NCBI GenBank assembly: GCA_046734415.1
Contig: JBKPRD010000059.1
Span: forward strand, 3,595 to 67,594
Length of the DNA stretch: 64,000 nt
Direction of reading: 5' to 3'
Origin: Actinomycetota bacterium
GTDB taxonomy: Bacteria > Actinomycetota > Thermoleophilia > Gaiellales > Gaiellaceae
Of the stretch, positions 62,901-64,000 are shown in pieces; the first letter of the stretch is position 1, and every line of letters starts with the position of its first letter. The translations under genes and the position numbers were made by a program. Under the pieces are notes generated by a model, which saw nothing but the letters and a program-made list of their open reading frames with translations, was not told the origin of the DNA and ran no database searches.

Positions 62901-64000
62901 CTAGAGCCCGAACGGATTGATCGGCTTCGGGCTGGTGTTGACGATCACGCTCTTCGTCTCCAGGTACAGGTCGAGCGTCTCGAGCCCGAGCTCGCGGCCG
63001 AAGCCGGACTGCTTGTAACCGCCGAACGGGATTCCGGGGAACGCCGTGTACGGCATATTGATCCCGATGGTGCCGGACCTGATGCGCGCCGCGAGCCGGT
63101 GGCCGCGCGCCGGGTCGCCCGTCCAGACCGTCGCCACAAGCCCGTACCGGACGTCGTTGGCGATCCTGATCGCGTCGGCCTCGTCCTCGAACGGGATCAC
63201 CGTCACAACCGGCCCGAAGATCTCCTCCTGCGCGACCGTCATCGAGCTGTCGACCTGCGCGATCACGGTCGGCGGGTAGAAGGCGCCTGCCCCGTCCGCG
63301 GGCTCGCCGCCGAGCACGACCTCGGCGCCCTCGCCGCGCCCCTGCTCGACGAAGCCGTGGACCTTCTCCCGGTGCTCGGTCGAGATCAGCGAGCCGACCT
63401 GGGTCTCGGGGTCGAGCGGGTCGCCGAGCTTCAGGGTTCGCGCCTTGTCCGCGAACTCGGAGACGAAGTCGTCGTAGAGCGGGCGCTCGACGAGCACGCG
63501 CGAGCGCGCCTCGCAGCTCTGGCCGGCCGAGTAGAAGATCGACCAGACGGAGCTCGGAATCGCGCTGGCGAGGTCGGCGTCGGCGAAGACGAGGTTCGGG
63601 CTCTTGCCGCCAAGCTCGAGGGTCAGCCGCTTCACCGGGTCCGCCGCCAGCCGCATGATCTCCGACCCCGTCGCCGTCGACCCGGTGAAGGCCACCTTGT
63701 CGACGCCCGGGTGACGCACGAGATAGGCCCCGGTCGTCGGCCCCGGGCCGGGGACGACGTTGATCGACCCGGGGGGAAAACCGACCTCGGTCGCGAGCTC
63801 CGCGAGCCGCAACGCCGTCAGGGGCGTCTTCTGGTCGGGCTTGAGGACGATCGAGCAGCCGGCCGCGAGCGCCGGCGCGAGCTTCCAGGTCGCCATCATC
63901 AGCGGGTAGTTCCACGGCACGATTGCCCCGACGACGCCGACCGGCTCCTTCAGCGAGTAGAAGAGGAGCGAGCCTCCGATCGGGTTCGAGCGTCCGCCGA
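62901..64000 (-). CDS. NAD(P)+-dependent aldehyde dehydrogenase (C-terminal ~366 aa; 5' end beyond the window)
   Basis: Track ORF 62901..63920, and the frame stays open to 64000 (..EPVGVVGAIVPWNYP..). LELGGKSP, catalytic Cys in YSAGQSCEA, EEIFGPV. Confidence 0.9.
   Translation of the reverse strand, partial: GGRSNPIGGSLLFYSLKEPVGVVGAIVPWNYPLMMATWKLAPALAAGCSIVLKPDQKTPLTALRLAELATEVGFPPGSINVVPGPGPTTGAYLVRHPGVDKVAFTGSTATGSEIMRLAADPVKRLTLELGGKSPNLVFADADLASAIPSSVWSIFYSAGQSCEARSRVLVERPLYDDFVSEFADKARTLKLGDPLDPETQVGSLISTEHREKVHGFVEQGRGEGAEVVLGGEPADGAGAFYPPTVIAQVDSSMTVAQEEIFGPVVTVIPFEDEADAIRIANDVRYGLVATVWTGDPARGHRLAARIRSGTIGINMPYTAFPGIPFGGYKQSGFGRELGLETLDLYLETKSVIVNTSPKPINPFGL

Noticed and set aside
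1-64000. Mobile elements, prophage, defence islands, CRISPR arrays, tRNA/rRNA genes
   Set aside because: I recognised no transposase, integrase, recombinase, nuclease-ATPase defence pairs, spaced direct repeats or tRNA-like cloverleaves. The longest non-coding stretches are 90-335 nt and are accounted for above. Composition looks uniform by eye, though I did not compute it.

Overview
This is a very GC-rich, gene-dense chromosomal window. Codon third positions are almost always G/C, and most long ORFs in the track are stop-poor shadow or read-through frames. I see no rRNA, tRNA, CRISPR array, transposase, integrase or phage genes, so it looks like core metabolism rather than an accessory island. 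I placed internal starts by counting residues within the track ORFs. Many neighbouring genes overlap by 1-4 nt (ATGA, GTGA, TTGA, TGATG), which implies long translationally coupled operons.

Main blocks:
- **1-10.8 kb (minus):** one unidirectional supercluster. It joins futalosine-route menaquinone genes (ubiD-like, ubiX, ubiE/menG, polyprenyl synthase, mqnA, an unusual radical-SAM-like ORF, an MqnE/MqnC-type radical SAM) with a Bacillus-type qcrABC menaquinol:cytochrome c reductase, plus dedA and a degT-type aminotransferase.
- **10.9-27.8 kb:** housekeeping and envelope genes. These include an epimerase, a peptide-type SBP, hemL-hemB, an ABC-2 exporter, an AI-2E transporter, a LytM-like protein, YmdB, GtrA plus two GT-C/DUF2029-like membrane proteins, acyP, pcm, an AlkP-family enzyme and a Cys-less thioredoxin fold.
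- **27.8-32.8 kb:** 2-oxoacid dehydrogenase E1a/E1b/E2, a lipid kinase, TetR and a miniaturised zinc-ribbon/cyclase remnant.
- **32.8-45 kb:** paaABCD without paaE, an LLM oxidoreductase with HxlR, MFS, cupins, a proline-racemase-family enzyme, two crotonases, HtrA and a GerW/YtfJ-like protein.
- **45.1-62.1 kb:** a large purine catabolism region. An ~11 kb minus-strand operon encodes a BMP-type nucleoside ABC importer, a three-subunit xanthine-dehydrogenase-family enzyme, a degenerate RibBA-like protein, a flavin reductase and leuB. A divergent plus-strand operon encodes a purine deaminase-like amidohydrolase, HIU hydrolase, OHCU decarboxylase, membrane urate hydroxylase PuuD, then DUF3830-like, bicupin and internally duplicated unknown proteins.

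Best candidates for undescribed biology:
- the CX8CX2C radical-SAM-like ORF locked between mqnA and mqnE/C;
- the uncharacterised three-gene tail after puuD;
- the degenerate RibBA-like/flavin reductase pair inside the xanthine dehydrogenase operon.

None can be proven from sequence alone. Lineage guess (inference only): a high-GC Gram-positive-type bacterium, possibly a deep actinobacterial class.
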